In this document: piece after piece, positions 10,656 through 22,996 of the stretch | Position numbering within the stretch: position 1 is the stretch's first letter | How the letters are laid out: the number at the start of each line of letters is the position of its first letter | The notes under the pieces: generated by a model | Seen by the model: the letters and a program-made list of their open reading frames with translations, nothing else | Told to the model about the DNA's origin: nothing | Database searches by the model: none | Position numbers and translations under genes: made by a program | DNA from: Marsupella aquatica | Lineage: Eukaryota; Plantae; Marchantiophyta | DNA length: 64,000 bases | Assembly (NCBI GenBank): GCA_973895155.1 | Contig: OZ316894.1 | Location: 16,910,216 to 16,974,215, forward strand | Reading direction: 5' to 3'

Positions 10656-12169
10656 AAACCCTACTTGATATCTATTTTGTCGCTAGATGCCCCTAGGTGA
10701 TGTAAGGCAGGTATGGGTGGTAGATAGACAGACGTGCTCTTTGTCTTTTGTGGATTTTTATTTCCGCCACTATTGCTTTTTGATCAGTTGGAGGAAAAGG
10801 GCGGACGTTGCTTCTGAGTGGGTCCCCAGCACTGATGGTCTAAAAACAGCCTAAACCTTACTTTGTGGGGTCCATGAGACGATATGGTGGTATTTGGTAG
10901 GGGTCGTTAATCTACGCGACGACTGCTCTGCCCTCTCGAGCAGGGGCATGGGATGGGGCAGCACGCTTTACACGTTTATTTAACGCCCATGGATGCGTCT
11001 AGGATGGATCATGGTTGCATCCATGCTGCACAACATGCATACATACAGATACGGTCGACCGACCAAAAGTTCTCCTAAATCGTACGTATATGTAGGACAT
11101 AATTTCCTGCTTGCACATCAGAGGGAACCGGGGCAATTTTTAAGGTTTTTTGTTTTAGTCGGTCAGGTTTGCAAATCACCTTATGGACGAAGGAGAAGAT
11201 TTGTTAAGTGTATTTCATATGTACTTGTCATAGAAAAAAAGTTTACATTACATTATATTTTATCTTTCTATATTTAAGGACAATCATCGGATTCTTGCTA
11301 ATGGAGTGTTGATAGTGTGGATGGAAAAAAGCTTGGCTAAATTTTGCAAGAAATGAAGAAATTTTGCAGGGAGGTGACTTTTGGCAAAAAAATTAGGGTT
11401 ATCAGAAACAGTTCAGGTGTGATTTCTACCCAAACTTTTGGGGTGGAGGGGATTTTCTAGAATCTTACTTCTCCAAGTTGGTCCAACACTTCCAAACTTT
11501 GGCTCCTTCATTCAGGGGATCTGCACTCATTGAGCTTCACTTGGTTGATTTTTTCGTTTGAGGTCTATTTTTAGAACAAAAAGTGACCCTCCAGTTTTGC
11601 TTTGGTGGGACAAAGTCCCAACTGCCACCCTCACAGGAGTTTCCAGAAACATTGACAAGAATGGGTAAATCCTTTACGTTTCCCCAAAAAGTTCAGCACA
11701 ACGACAAGCAACTTGTAGATACCTTGGGTAATGATTTCCATATGCCTTTGGTTGTTTGCCTACCAAGACTTGTACTTCAATCTGTTCCGTGAAGTCATGA
11801 ACATTCTTGTGCACAGTATCCTAGTGACCTAAGATTATGCACTCAGGTCCCATGCATATATTTTCGGCTATCCACTTTTCTTCTACTCTCCAACCTCAAA
11901 AATCCAAATTCCTGCGTCAAAAGAATAGCAACTTATGAAAAATAATTCCAAGTTCAGACAATTTATTTTTAATTTCAAATTCATGAATCAAAAATGAATA
12001 TTGAAAAGTTTATGAGATGCTATAATTCCAAATTCACGAGTCAGAAGGAATAAGAATTTTGACAAAAGTATTCCAAATCCAGTAGAGGACAAATTTATTT
12101 CAACTTGAAATTCCTGAATCAAAACGAGTAATTACAGATTCACCACAGTAACGAAGAATTTGACATAAA

Positions 12170-13950
12170 AATTCCAGATTCATGAGCAGAAAAGGAAATT
12201 GAAACCCACACCGACATCCATGTTTGTCAGAAAACATGAGTAGACTATTGCAACCCGGATGGACAGTAGACACATACTCCTTTCTGTTCATTTAGTAAAA
12301 TAACAATAAAATAAAATAAAATAAAATGAAGTTATGGCGCAAAAGAGTTTGCCAAATATTCCTCAGGAATTGGATCAAAAGAGGCAACAAAGACATTGAC
12401 AAAAAGGTCCAAATTCATGACCAGAAATGGAATTTGAAACCCACACGACGACTAACATTCACGTCTGCCAAAACATATGGACAGACTTTTGCAAACCAGA
12501 ATGGATAGCAGAAAAAATCACTTTGTGTTCATTTAGCAAAAAAACAAGATAAGTTTGCTTGATGGATCCCCAAATTGAAAACTTTTACTTTTGGATCCAA
12601 TGAGTCATGGGTACAAGGATGACTCATTGGATCAACCCATGAGGTACACAAAATCAAGGTACACAAAACCTCATGGGTTGATTGGGGTTACACCAAGTAC
12701 ATGTCCCAACAAAACAATAAACTAAAATAAAACTGTGGCGCAAAAGAGTTTGCCAAAATTTTCTGAGGATCTGAGTCGAGTGGAGGCAACAAAGGAATGG
12801 GACCCAAAAGATCAAAAATCATGATCAGAAAAGGAACTTGAACCCAAACAAAACATCCACGTTTCCCAAAACACATCAACAGACTATTGCAGTCCAGATG
12901 GACGGCGGAAAAATTCTCTTTTCTGCTCATTTAGTAACAAGACAGGAGACATTTACTTGATGGACCCCATGACTGAAATGTAGACCCTTGATAGACCTCA
13001 AATAAACGTACACAAAACCTCGTGGGTTTGGTGGGGAGAAAATGCTGGGTTTTGGGGGTCCACCAAGTAAAAGTCTCACCAAAACAATAAATTAAAATAA
13101 AACTGTGGCGCAAAAGAGTTTGCCAAATTTTCTGAGAATCTGCGTCAAGTGGAGGCAACAAAAGAATGGGACCCAAAAGATCAAAACTCATGACCAGGAC
13201 AGGAACTTGAAACCCAAACAAACCATCCAAGTTTGCCAAAAACACATGGACAGACTTTTGCAAAACCAGATGAAAGAGAAAAACACATACTTTTTACAGA
13301 AAAGGGCCAAATAGAGTACAAAAGAATAAACAAGGGAGGTCCCAAGTGGACAAAACCAAACGCAAAAGAAGTGAGCAAAAGGAAACCCCTAAAAACCAAG
13401 AAAGAGGAACTAAAAGAAGTGAGCAAAAGGAAACCCCTACAAACCAAGAAAGATGAACTAAAATTACCGCAAATAGACCGAGGTCCTCATCATTCCTAGC
13501 AAATGTGGCAAAAGCTAATGGTCTACATCAAGTGTCGAAACTAAATCGACAAGTGGGATTGGAATGTCCTCTAGGGGGGCTAGCCGCTGCGGAGTCACAC
13601 TAGCATCCACTGTCAAAGACCGACGATAGATGGCCCGAGCTTGAGCACCCTATAAAGTGACTGAAATACGTTGATGAAAATGCATGGAAAGGGAGAACAA
13701 TTCTCTTTATCCCTTCACGTAACACCAAATCAAAAAGAAACATTTACTGGACCCATGAGTGATCCAGACCCTTGATGGGCTTTAAATCGATGCTCAGCAA
13801 AACCTCATGGGTTGGTGGGAGAGAAAGTTTTGGGTCGGGGGTTTCACCAAGTAAATGTCTCAACAAAACAATAAATTAAAATAAAATAAAATGTGGCGCA
13901 AAAGAGTTTTGCCAAATTTTCTGGAGGATCTGAGTCGAGTGGAGGCGACT
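12170..13950 (+). repeat. Satellite-like tandem array, ~370-400 bp unit, third unit interrupted by a CRE fragment
   Basis: Marker tggcgcaaaagagttt(t)gccaaa at ~12335, 12736, 13106 and 13894; the last interval equals one unit plus the ~405-bp insertion. Confidence 0.85.
13284..13687 (-). mobile_element. Severely 5'-truncated copy of the CRE element (last ~55 codons plus 3' UTR)
   Basis: Reverse complement aligns to ~4440-4850 (AQARAIYRRSLTV...LDVDH*); carries a CAG>TAG stop and a 44-bp duplication in the UTR. Confidence 0.92.
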
Positions 13951-16049
13951 GTGCAGTGCCTTGCACGCAGTTGCAACTTTACGACGGTCAGGTCACTCCA
14001 TGCAATGGACGTTGGCGGCCCGGAACGATCACGTTGGCGTCCCGGGAATCCGGTCTTTACCGGGCCCACGTCTCCACGTTAAAATTTGCTGCGTTGCTCA
14101 GTCTTCCACTCCCGGCTCAGTCGCTATGAATAATCAACTCCCTTGTTTCCAGGTAAAGCATAAAGCATCATTTATTTATTCAATCGAAGACCTAGGCCAC
14201 TATAGGGACGGATGCCGGCCCACAAACTGGACTCTGGGCAGCGTTGAAAAGAGTTATTCCAACAGTATTTGCAACCTGATAATAACGACCATATTTTCAT
14301 GAACTGTCTCGCCAAACGGCAGACAACAGACTACCGTAACTTCTACTTCTACCGTGTGGACTACTGTGGGGTCATTCTGGACCTGATTGATAAAATATTT
14401 TGGACCGGATGGGAAACTTGAATTTTAAGAAATCAAGTTTTTGTTTGGTGTAAATATTGACTTTGTTAGCATGTGCGTTGTCTTTCAGATTAACAAACTA
14501 AATGACGTTCAGGCAAGTGCATGCACCGGGATGGCGCTATGGTAGTACAGTCAGCTCTTGCTAAGTGCACACTCTGACGCTGAATAATTAAAAAAGTATC
14601 CCTTTCTTTCCTGACCATTTTGCATGTTTTAACACCCTTTCATGTGCAGTTGCACTTCTGAGGTAGGGGTCCAAGTTTTAAGGCAGGGCGTGCAACTTTT
14701 AGTGAAATAATCACAAGATGTGAACCCACAGAGGGCCCATTGCGCACCCATAAATTCAAGCTCCAAGTTTTTACACTTATGAGGCAATGAAAACCCTGGT
14801 TTAGTGCATGATCCTATGAAGAAGCATCCGGTGTGCACTTATATGGGAGCCTACGGTAGTAATGTCTGCCGCTGCTCGATGTCAAACTCTGTGTCCGAGC
14901 CTGAGTCATTATCATTGGAAAGTAATGATGATATACCGAATATCCGTGAACAAAACCCGCGTTGGCCGTTCAGCCTGCCTGCCTGCCCGCCTGCCCGCGT
15001 GGTTGCCCTCCAGAGTCCCGACTGACTGCCCCGCTCTGGTCTGGCCTGACCTGACCGGCACTGATTGACTATCGGACTGGGTACATTACCGTACTACCCT
15101 CCGTACCAGCCTCGTATGACAACTATCAACTATAACTGCCCAAGTTCTCTCCCTAGACTCCCTTTCGCGGTTTCGCCCTCTGGACCCAACCCACAAAAAA
15201 AAACTACTGTACCTCTCCGGGAAGTACGGAAACGTGACTATACTAAGTCGGTTGAAACGGGCCCCACTCGGTCCATTCCACGCCATCCCATCCCATCCCA
15301 TCCCATCCCATGCCATGCCATCCCAGTCTAGTACCGTTCCGTCCATGGACGGCATGGTGAATCATGTGACAGCCCGGTCAGGTGGAAAATTAATCAGTCT
15401 ACGTCCATCCCACAAGTATACTCGCTAGAATAAAGAAATAAAAAGAAACTAAAAATGGTCCTTGATGGACCTCATCAGAGATCCAATAGTTGATGAACCT
15501 CAAATCAATGTACCCAGAAATTCTAATGGGGTCCATGAAATAACAATTTTCAATTCAGGGGTCTTGAGAATACTTCTATCCATTTCACCGTTGCAGCAAT
15601 TGGGGCAGGGCAGCGTGTATCAACTTATTTTAATGTGCAAAAAGTCTCTAAATTCCGCCCCCACTAAAGAGTATTGTCCACTTGTGACAGTTGACCATAT
15701 ATTTTTTGTTGTCCATTAGCCACTTTCTCACCTAATCACAGAATCCTCAGACATGATATCCTGGGAGATTTTATGGCCAGAAGTTGATTAAAAATTCAAG
15801 GAAGGAACATTCTTAGAATCTTCTACTCAATGCGACACTACCCACTCTAAAAAGGAAGATCCTTGAAAAGTATGTCGGCTTTCAGCCAGATTTGACACCT
15901 AGTCCGAAACCCCCCATTTGACAGAATCCGATGGTTATCCTCAGGTCCAGGGAGATCTAATGATCTTATTAAAGTTAGAAAAACTAGATAATAACCTTAT
16001 TAGAATCGTCTCCTCGATGCATCAAGGTGAGTCGCCATTCTGAGATGGA

Positions 16050-16200
16050 ATAACCCTTAAACAAATAAACTGGTGTGTACCTGTTGTGTACCCTATGCGC
16101 AAAACGGTGACATTCGCCACTCTAAAAAGGAACAACCCTAAAATAAATATAACTGGTGTGTACCTGTTTTTGTACCCTATGTGCAAAACATAGTTACACT
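16050..16200. repeat. ~83-bp tandem duplication
   Basis: aactggtgtgtacctgtt..tgtaccctatg.gcaaaac occurs twice. Confidence 0.8.
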
Positions 16201-16296
16201 GTAGTTTGGGACGCCCTCCTCCTGTAGCGACGGGAGGGGAACGGGTTGGTTGGTAGGTGCGTACGTTTTCGATGTACATTTTCCAAAGTCACCCAA

Positions 16297-16365
16297 GCCC
16301 AGCCCAGGCATTTCCAGCCCAGCCCAGCCCAGCCCAGCCCAGCCCGTTTGCGGCTGTCCTCTGCA

Positions 16366-16402
<37 letters not shown>
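16297..16402. repeat. (AGCCC)n and (CT)n microsatellites in a GC-rich island
   Basis: Seen directly; similar (ATCCC)n at ~15284-15325 and (CT)n at ~984-1010. Confidence 0.9.
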
Positions 16403-16405
<3 letters not shown>

Positions 16406-16836
16406 TCTATTGTTCGTTCTCTGCAGTACCGCTACGGGCAGCGGTGAAAAGGTGAGGAAGTAGTAGTAATAACTCGCTTGCTCAGCAGCTGGCTGGCGGG
16501 CAGGGCTGGGCTGGCCGGCTGTTTGGCTTGTCGGCGTGCAAGCTGTCTTTCCAGCGCATCAGCTACCCCTGTGGACGAATTCTTTCTTTCGTTCTTTGCG
16601 GGCTGGCGGGCTGGCGGGCTGGCCCAGTGATGGATGGAGGAACTACCGAACGAACGGACGAACCTGCATAGCACTCGAAACGACTCGGGTCTGTAGGAGG
16701 CTGTCTGTACCGGTATTGTACGGGGAGTACCGGTAGCCTTCTCGTCCCCAGATGGGTCTAACCACCATCCATACGGTACGTCAATCCAGACAAGGGACCC
16801 AAAAATGCTTGTGTATAAGAAAAGGCAAATTTTCTA

Positions 16837-17106
16837 ATTTAGCTATAGAATTTTTGATTACTTTACCATTAAAAATATTCTAATTCAATAGAGTCACTTT
16901 TTTTTTTCTGTATTTATAAAAATGTCACTGATTTATATATGGATAATAAATTTACCAAGGTAACTAAGAGAACTATATACAAAAATTGTGACATTCTTGT
17001 AAATATAAAAAATAGTGACAATATTATAAATTTAAACATCTTTAGTGACAATATTATAAATTTAAACATCTTTAGTGACGATGTATCTAAAAGCTATTTA
17101 GCTATA
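16837..17106. mobile_element. AT-rich imperfect foldback (MITE-like) bounded by an 11-bp direct repeat
   Basis: atttagctata at 16837-16847 and 17096-17106; internal gtcactt..tatttata..atgtcac pairs with gtgacat..taaata..agtgac; 30-bp tandem duplication at ~17013-17072. Confidence 0.4.
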
Positions 17107-18457
17107 TTAGAGTGTCTCAATTTTCTTTTGTTTCTTTTTTGATTGCTCTCAAATGAATTTTCTGGGGAAAAAGTGGCAAACACAAAAATGCTTGTCCACA
17201 CACTCTTGACCCCTGAATAAAACTGGTAGTTTAGGGTAGGGTTTTTCCACAGACCTGAAGGTTTGAGATGTCCTAATATATCACACCTTCCCTGGATTTG
17301 AGGATCCTCACTTTGACAGAATCCAATGGTTATACTCAAATCCTCAAGACTTCTCCATTTTTTCCCATTACATTTATTTCTTTCCTCTAAGGTGTCTGTT
17401 CCACAATCTCAGGAAAATTTACAGTTAATAGATCATGCAGGCAGCTATGGTTTAAACCGAACTGCACCTATAAAGATTATAAAGTGGATGTACAGGTTCA
17501 GAAATGGACTTCACAAAAGGTGGTGAGTGCTTTACGTTTTATTGGCAAGTGCTCCATCTTTTATGGTGAGACACTTTTCACCACAGCACATGTGGAGTAG
17601 CAAGGGAGAGAATGAGGCTTTTATATGGGCAGGTGTGATTTAAGTGTATCGTAATGTGCTGTTAAGAGGGCATTGTGTGATATAATGCCCCCACAAATGA
17701 GAGCTTCAATTCAACTTTTGAGGGACTACGATTGCCAATAATGCTTGGCAAACAAGACAGTAACACACTAAAATGCCCAAATAATTTATTTTTTACACCT
17801 TTTAGTAAAAGTAGATGAGATGTTTCTGAAGAGGTGATCCAAATCTTGACAGGGACATTCTGCTCCAAGAATGAACTGAAAAATACAAAGGGAAAAATTG
17901 CAAAGGGCATTAAGTTCAGAAGTTGTGTAGGGTAACCCATTGCCCCAAAGGGGGTTATGGGATGAAACCCCAAAAGCAGTGAGCCCGAGAGGGTTAGAGC
18001 CCATAACCCCCACGTGGCCAATCATGGGTTAACAAGCGTAACCCTCAAGTATAGTTATGCTCTATTTTTTCCCAAAGATTGCGCCTGAAATTGAATGACC
18101 GTCCAGGTGGGCTAGTAGGGGGCTCTGTAGGGGGGTCAGAATCTCATAACCCTTGGCCAGATTGGCAGCTGGTCATGAATCATATATAGTCACAGAATAC
18201 AAAAGAGAACTTCACGACAGGTTTACACACACACAGGATCAGCATATTTTAAAGGAGAAGATGCTAGGCATATTCCTAGTTTGAAGGATAACTGTTAGAT
18301 TCTGGCTAAGGGGGTCTGCGGCTAGGTGAAAAACTGGTTAATGGATTACAGAAAACCTACCAGTTTTTTGCAAGAAGTAGTGAAGACTATTCAAAAAGGT
18401 GTGGAACCTACCAAATTTTGCCACTAATCAAACGCTGGCCAGGATGATCCTCCTCAT

Positions 18458-18777
18458 TTGTCATAATTCTTGGACAGCCTTTTGCAACTCAGATGCACTG
18501 CACCAAACCTTGTTTCTGCCCACATAATAAATATTACACCAATGAGAGAAATGTGGCAACAAAACTAGGTAGCTTAGAAAGTGGTGCTTAAACTTGGCAG
18601 AGTTTACCAAGTGTAGGTTGTCATAATGCTTGAACAGCCATTTGCAACTCAGATAGACTGCACCAAACCTTGTTTCTGCTCACATTGTAAATATTACACC
18701 AAAGAGAGAAATATGGCAACAAAACTAGATGGTTTAGAAAGTGGCGCTTAAACTTGGCAGAGTCCAACAAGTGTAGG
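18458..18777. repeat. 160-bp tandem duplication
   Basis: ttgtcataat...ttgcaactcagat..actgcaccaaaccttgtttctgc...aaacttggcagagt...aagtgtagg occurs twice. Confidence 0.9.
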
Positions 18778-18779
18778 AA

Positions 18780-20565
18780 TATAGAGTCAACGTAAGCTAA
18801 ATCAAGAGTGACTGGACCAATTTGCCCTCTAGATTAACTTTCCCTTACATCTCAGTGCCCAAGACAGGTTGAAGGTTGTTATCTCTCTTGTGGTTTGCAG
18901 ATCCTCCTATTCCCCCAAAGTATGTGAATGGCCTAAGTTCTCAGAACCTGATTCCACCCCAAAGTTCTCTAAACCCTCCCTTCATGTTATTGTGTCATGA
19001 CCATAGAAAGGGGGTCCAGAAGTAAATTGCAACTTACTTCCAGGGTCTGGTTGAGTTGGCAATGTTCATTTGGTTCATGTCCCTCACAACAGGTTTTTGT
19101 CTATCTAGAAGGAACCTCAATTAAAACCATGACATCTCATTTTCACAAGAACAACAATTTTGTAACCCTTTGTGGAATGCAAGGTACTGAGCTACGGTAC
19201 TCAAAGTAATAGATCACTAACAAATCTTTTCTTGGTAGCTATGAGCTATAGAGCTTTGTAGACACATAACCGTTAATAAAGCTTTGTCTTCCTGTGTACA
19301 TAACCGACCTTGAGACGGACCATGTAACTATTGAGCAAGTGTATGTTTGAAGTGTTTTTTCTGATTTGATTTCTCCCCAGAATGGTATTAGAGCTCAGGT
19401 TTTTTCAGCTGATTAGGAATTCCATAGGATTGCTTCAAGCGAAGCGAACAACATATGTTTTCCTCGTCAAAGCGAAGCTATTGGAAGGAGATCAGACTCA
19501 ATCTTTTCACAAGTGTGAACCACACAACCAAAGGATCATTTTAGTAAAGCAATGATGGCCTGAGGTCAAAAATGGAAACAATTACAAGTGACAATTTTAA
19601 TTTGAGTTACTGGACAAGACATAAGTTCAATTTTTTAGATTAGTCTTTTTGATTGTTCTTTCGGGACGTGAAACTAAGATACACTTGAGCGTCCTCTTTA
19701 TCTGGACGTTTTGATATCAACATCGTTGAATTTCATCGAGAAGAAATCTCAATTTCAATTCTTGTTTTTGAGCTTGGAATTTTGGCTATGGCGGATAAGT
19801 TAATATAAGTCATTTTTACCTAATTATTTCTCCCTCACTTCTTCACCATTTTGAGAGTTTTTTATATTGATCTTGATGCCCTTAAAGTATAGTATATGAA
19901 TTTGTAATCAAATTTAGATTTTGTCAAGAATTGAGATGTGAATTTGAGTGAATACGCCGAGGGGTACATTCTGCCGCGAGTAGTCGCGACTTGCGCGGGT
20001 GCGCGAGGAGGTTGAAAATGTCAAGGGAGGCCTTTTAGGGCTCGATAGGGTTTGGCAGGGGGAAGTGCCCCCTGCAAATTTCCCCCACAAGGCTTGTACA
20101 AGGGCGAACAAAATTTCTCAAAAAGATTCTTTTTCAGAGGCTTCAATTTTTACCGAAGATCAAAGATTTTGAGTGGCAAACAAATTGGATAAACTTCAAC
20201 TTTTGGAGAGGTGTATTTTAGGAAGCTAGGCAAATATTGGTGTGTTCAATTTTGAAAACGTATACTAGTGAAATCTTTGGCATAATAGATTCCCTCGAGG
20301 GGTATTTTGAGAGGGTATTTATTTCATTTTTTACCTCCTCCGGTCAAAGTAAAATTCTTGGCACTTGAGGGTCTATTTGACAAACCGTTTCACACCCCAC
20401 ATCTGAGCATTTGACATTTAGTTATTGTCGAAAGACGACTCAACACTACATTTGGAATTCCAACAATGGCGACTACTAGGATTGGAGGTCAAAGGTTTGA
20501 GGTGGAAAATTTTGATGGTCGGATGGACTATACCATGTGGGAATGTAATGTGAGGGATGTGTTAG
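18780..20565 (+). mobile_element. Ty1/copia LTR retrotransposon remnant: probable 5' LTR, PBS, leader and truncated gag
   Basis: tggtattagagc at 19383 is one mismatch from the tRNA-iMet PBS tggtatcagagc and follows ..ctcccca; ORF at 20466 MATTRIGGQRFEVENFDGRMDYTMWECNVRDVL fits the copia gag N-terminal pattern (F-D-G..Y..W). LTR left edge uncertain. Confidence 0.7.
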
Positions 20566-22181
20566 AATTTACTCTTAGGTCTAGAGTTACAATTGTACCA
20601 CAGTTAGGGCTAACCTTAGTCAAGGCATATGGGGTACATCGCAAGTGCCCACAGGTTGAACATATTTTTGAGTGTTATTCCTTCTACATATCTAGTGTTA
20701 CATGGCAAGTGCCCACAACTCCCATTTTTCATACAAGATAAACCCAATTGTTTTTTTATATTAGTACCTGGTGATCCTTCCCTTAATCCAGCGCTACATG
20801 GCAAGTGCCTACAGGTTGAACTTATTTTTCATAAGTGATAAACCAATTGTTCTTTTTATATTGGTGAGTGTTGTTCCTTCTATATATCCGTCGATACATG
20901 GCAAGTGCCCACAGGTTGAACTTATTTTTTATGCGACAGTGATAAAACCCAATTGTTATTTGATATTAGTGTGTTGTACCTTCTATATGTCCTGTGCTAC
21001 ATGGCAAATGCCCATAGGTTGAGGTTGTTTTTCATATGTGACAAACCCAATTGATCTTTCATATTAGTGAGTGTTGTTCCTTCTACATATCCTACTGTGG
21101 CTTTTTGATGTGCATTTACCACAATGTATGCAGATGTGGCTCGATCCCACTATCACCCAGTGCCCACCCTGCAGGCCACAAAGTCAAGTGTGTGAGCCCC
21201 GTCTGCGGCTCGAATCACTGAACGCTTTTCCCAGCCAAGTCCCTGTGCACTCCCAGCATCCACAGCCCACCATGAGCCTGCACTTGCTCCAGGAGCTCCC
21301 CACAGCCACCTCCCCCCCACGCACCCTCTCATGCCATTGCAATTTCCGGATGCAGTCAAGGCATTGGTGCCCCTGTCCAACCCTAGTCTGCAGGAGTTGA
21401 CATCCCAACCCAGCAGTGCCCCCCTTCCAAATCCCCAATCTTCCGCACCCCAACAAACTGAGCCCCCTCTCCTTCTCACTCCAGGAGGACCCTGCAATAA
21501 ACTCACCCAACTTTGACCAGATGTCATGCCCGATGTCATGTTCCCAGCCCTGAGCCCCATCCCTACACCCTTGCCCAGATCAGTCTGTCAACTATCTTCA
21601 ATCTATATGATGTGCTTAAGGCTAGGCCATCTGGATTGTGGAGGCTCAGGGCAGCTATATCACTTAGCAGTAGGCTCAGGGCCAAAAATATAAAAAAGTA
21701 ATTGGGTTTATCATGTATGAAAAATAGGTTCAACCTGTGGGCACTTGCTATGTAGCCCATATGCCGAATGCTGTTTCTTTTTGATGTGCTTAAGGCTCAG
21801 GGCAGCTAATCAAGGGCAGCTAATCACTTAGCAGGAGGCTCAGGGCAGCAAAATCACTTGGCAGGGCTGTGGACGGCTGGGCCAGGGAGCTACTTTAGGT
21901 TCACACAATTAGCTTGACAGGGGCCAGCCCCGTGTACTTGTTAACCATTGTATAACATTCAAATCTTTTAATTGTTAATCCTCATGTAACATTCAAATCT
22001 TTAATTGACCATCGTTTTAACATTCAAATCTATAATAAAGTCCGGAGTCTTCTCTAATCTCAAACCCCTAGAATTCACACTTCATACATGGGCCCCTGAA
22101 AAACAAATTGTACTGAAGAGGTCTCCGCCTTCTCTAATCTCAAACCCCTAGAATTCATACTTCAACTATGGGTCTCTGACA
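20560..22181. mobile_element. Repeat-rich insert truncating the copia gag (possible solo LTR) containing ~100-bp tandem repeats and one inverted copy
   Basis: Ends tgttaga...tctgaca; five copies of acat(g/c)gcaa(g/a)tgcc.a.aggttga/cccacaac at 20624-21080; inverted copy at ~21686-21765; no TSD found. Confidence 0.45.
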
Positions 22182-22996
22182 GAAAATCAAATACTATTGA
22201 AGAGACGTCAGGGTTGATGAGCTATATCTGCTCAAAATGAGCAAAATCTGTTCAATTAGTCCATGAACAGAACGAACAACAGGAATTGGCGGGTATTCCC
22301 TCACCATTGTAAACACAAAGCAGATTTGGTGGGGTAGGCTGGCATGCTTTCCCATGATCAACATCTTGCTCATGATCCCATGATAAACATCCGCATTCAT
22401 CTTTTGTTATGGTGGAAACTCTTGTACAGACTCAGTCCTAGAACTTTTACTATAATGACAATGATCTACGCGTACCAAAATTTTCTGCTCTATCCCTGAG
22501 AGGTGCAATGATTCTATGGTTTTATTTACATTTCTATCGTTTTGACCCATGATGGACTGTCGCTGGGATAAGTGAGTTCTACCAAGGAATAAGGCCTACT
22601 ATGAACAATGATGAGTTTAAAAATACAGAAGCAGGAAGGAGCTATATCACTATCCAAATAGCATCGGGGCAACCTGCACATATGTGCCGAACTGCAGGGC
22701 AAGAGCAACAAATCTCACTTTTCCCAGGGTTGTGGTCCTCCTAAATAACTCCCGTCTCCTAAAGAAGCTCCTACTTTCACTGTCCCTACAATGAACAAAA
22801 CTTATCTGCCATCCTGCTACACGTCACGCAAGTTAGCTCCAACCCATATGCTTGCTGAGGCAGGACGGAATTCTACAAACAGTAGAAGTATGCTATGCGA
22901 ACTGATCATCAGAGGCCCATTTGGTCATAGCATTTCAATCTAAGGGGTGGTCTTGTCCAGGAACATGGGCAGAAAGGCTCAAGCACAGCTTTTCAA

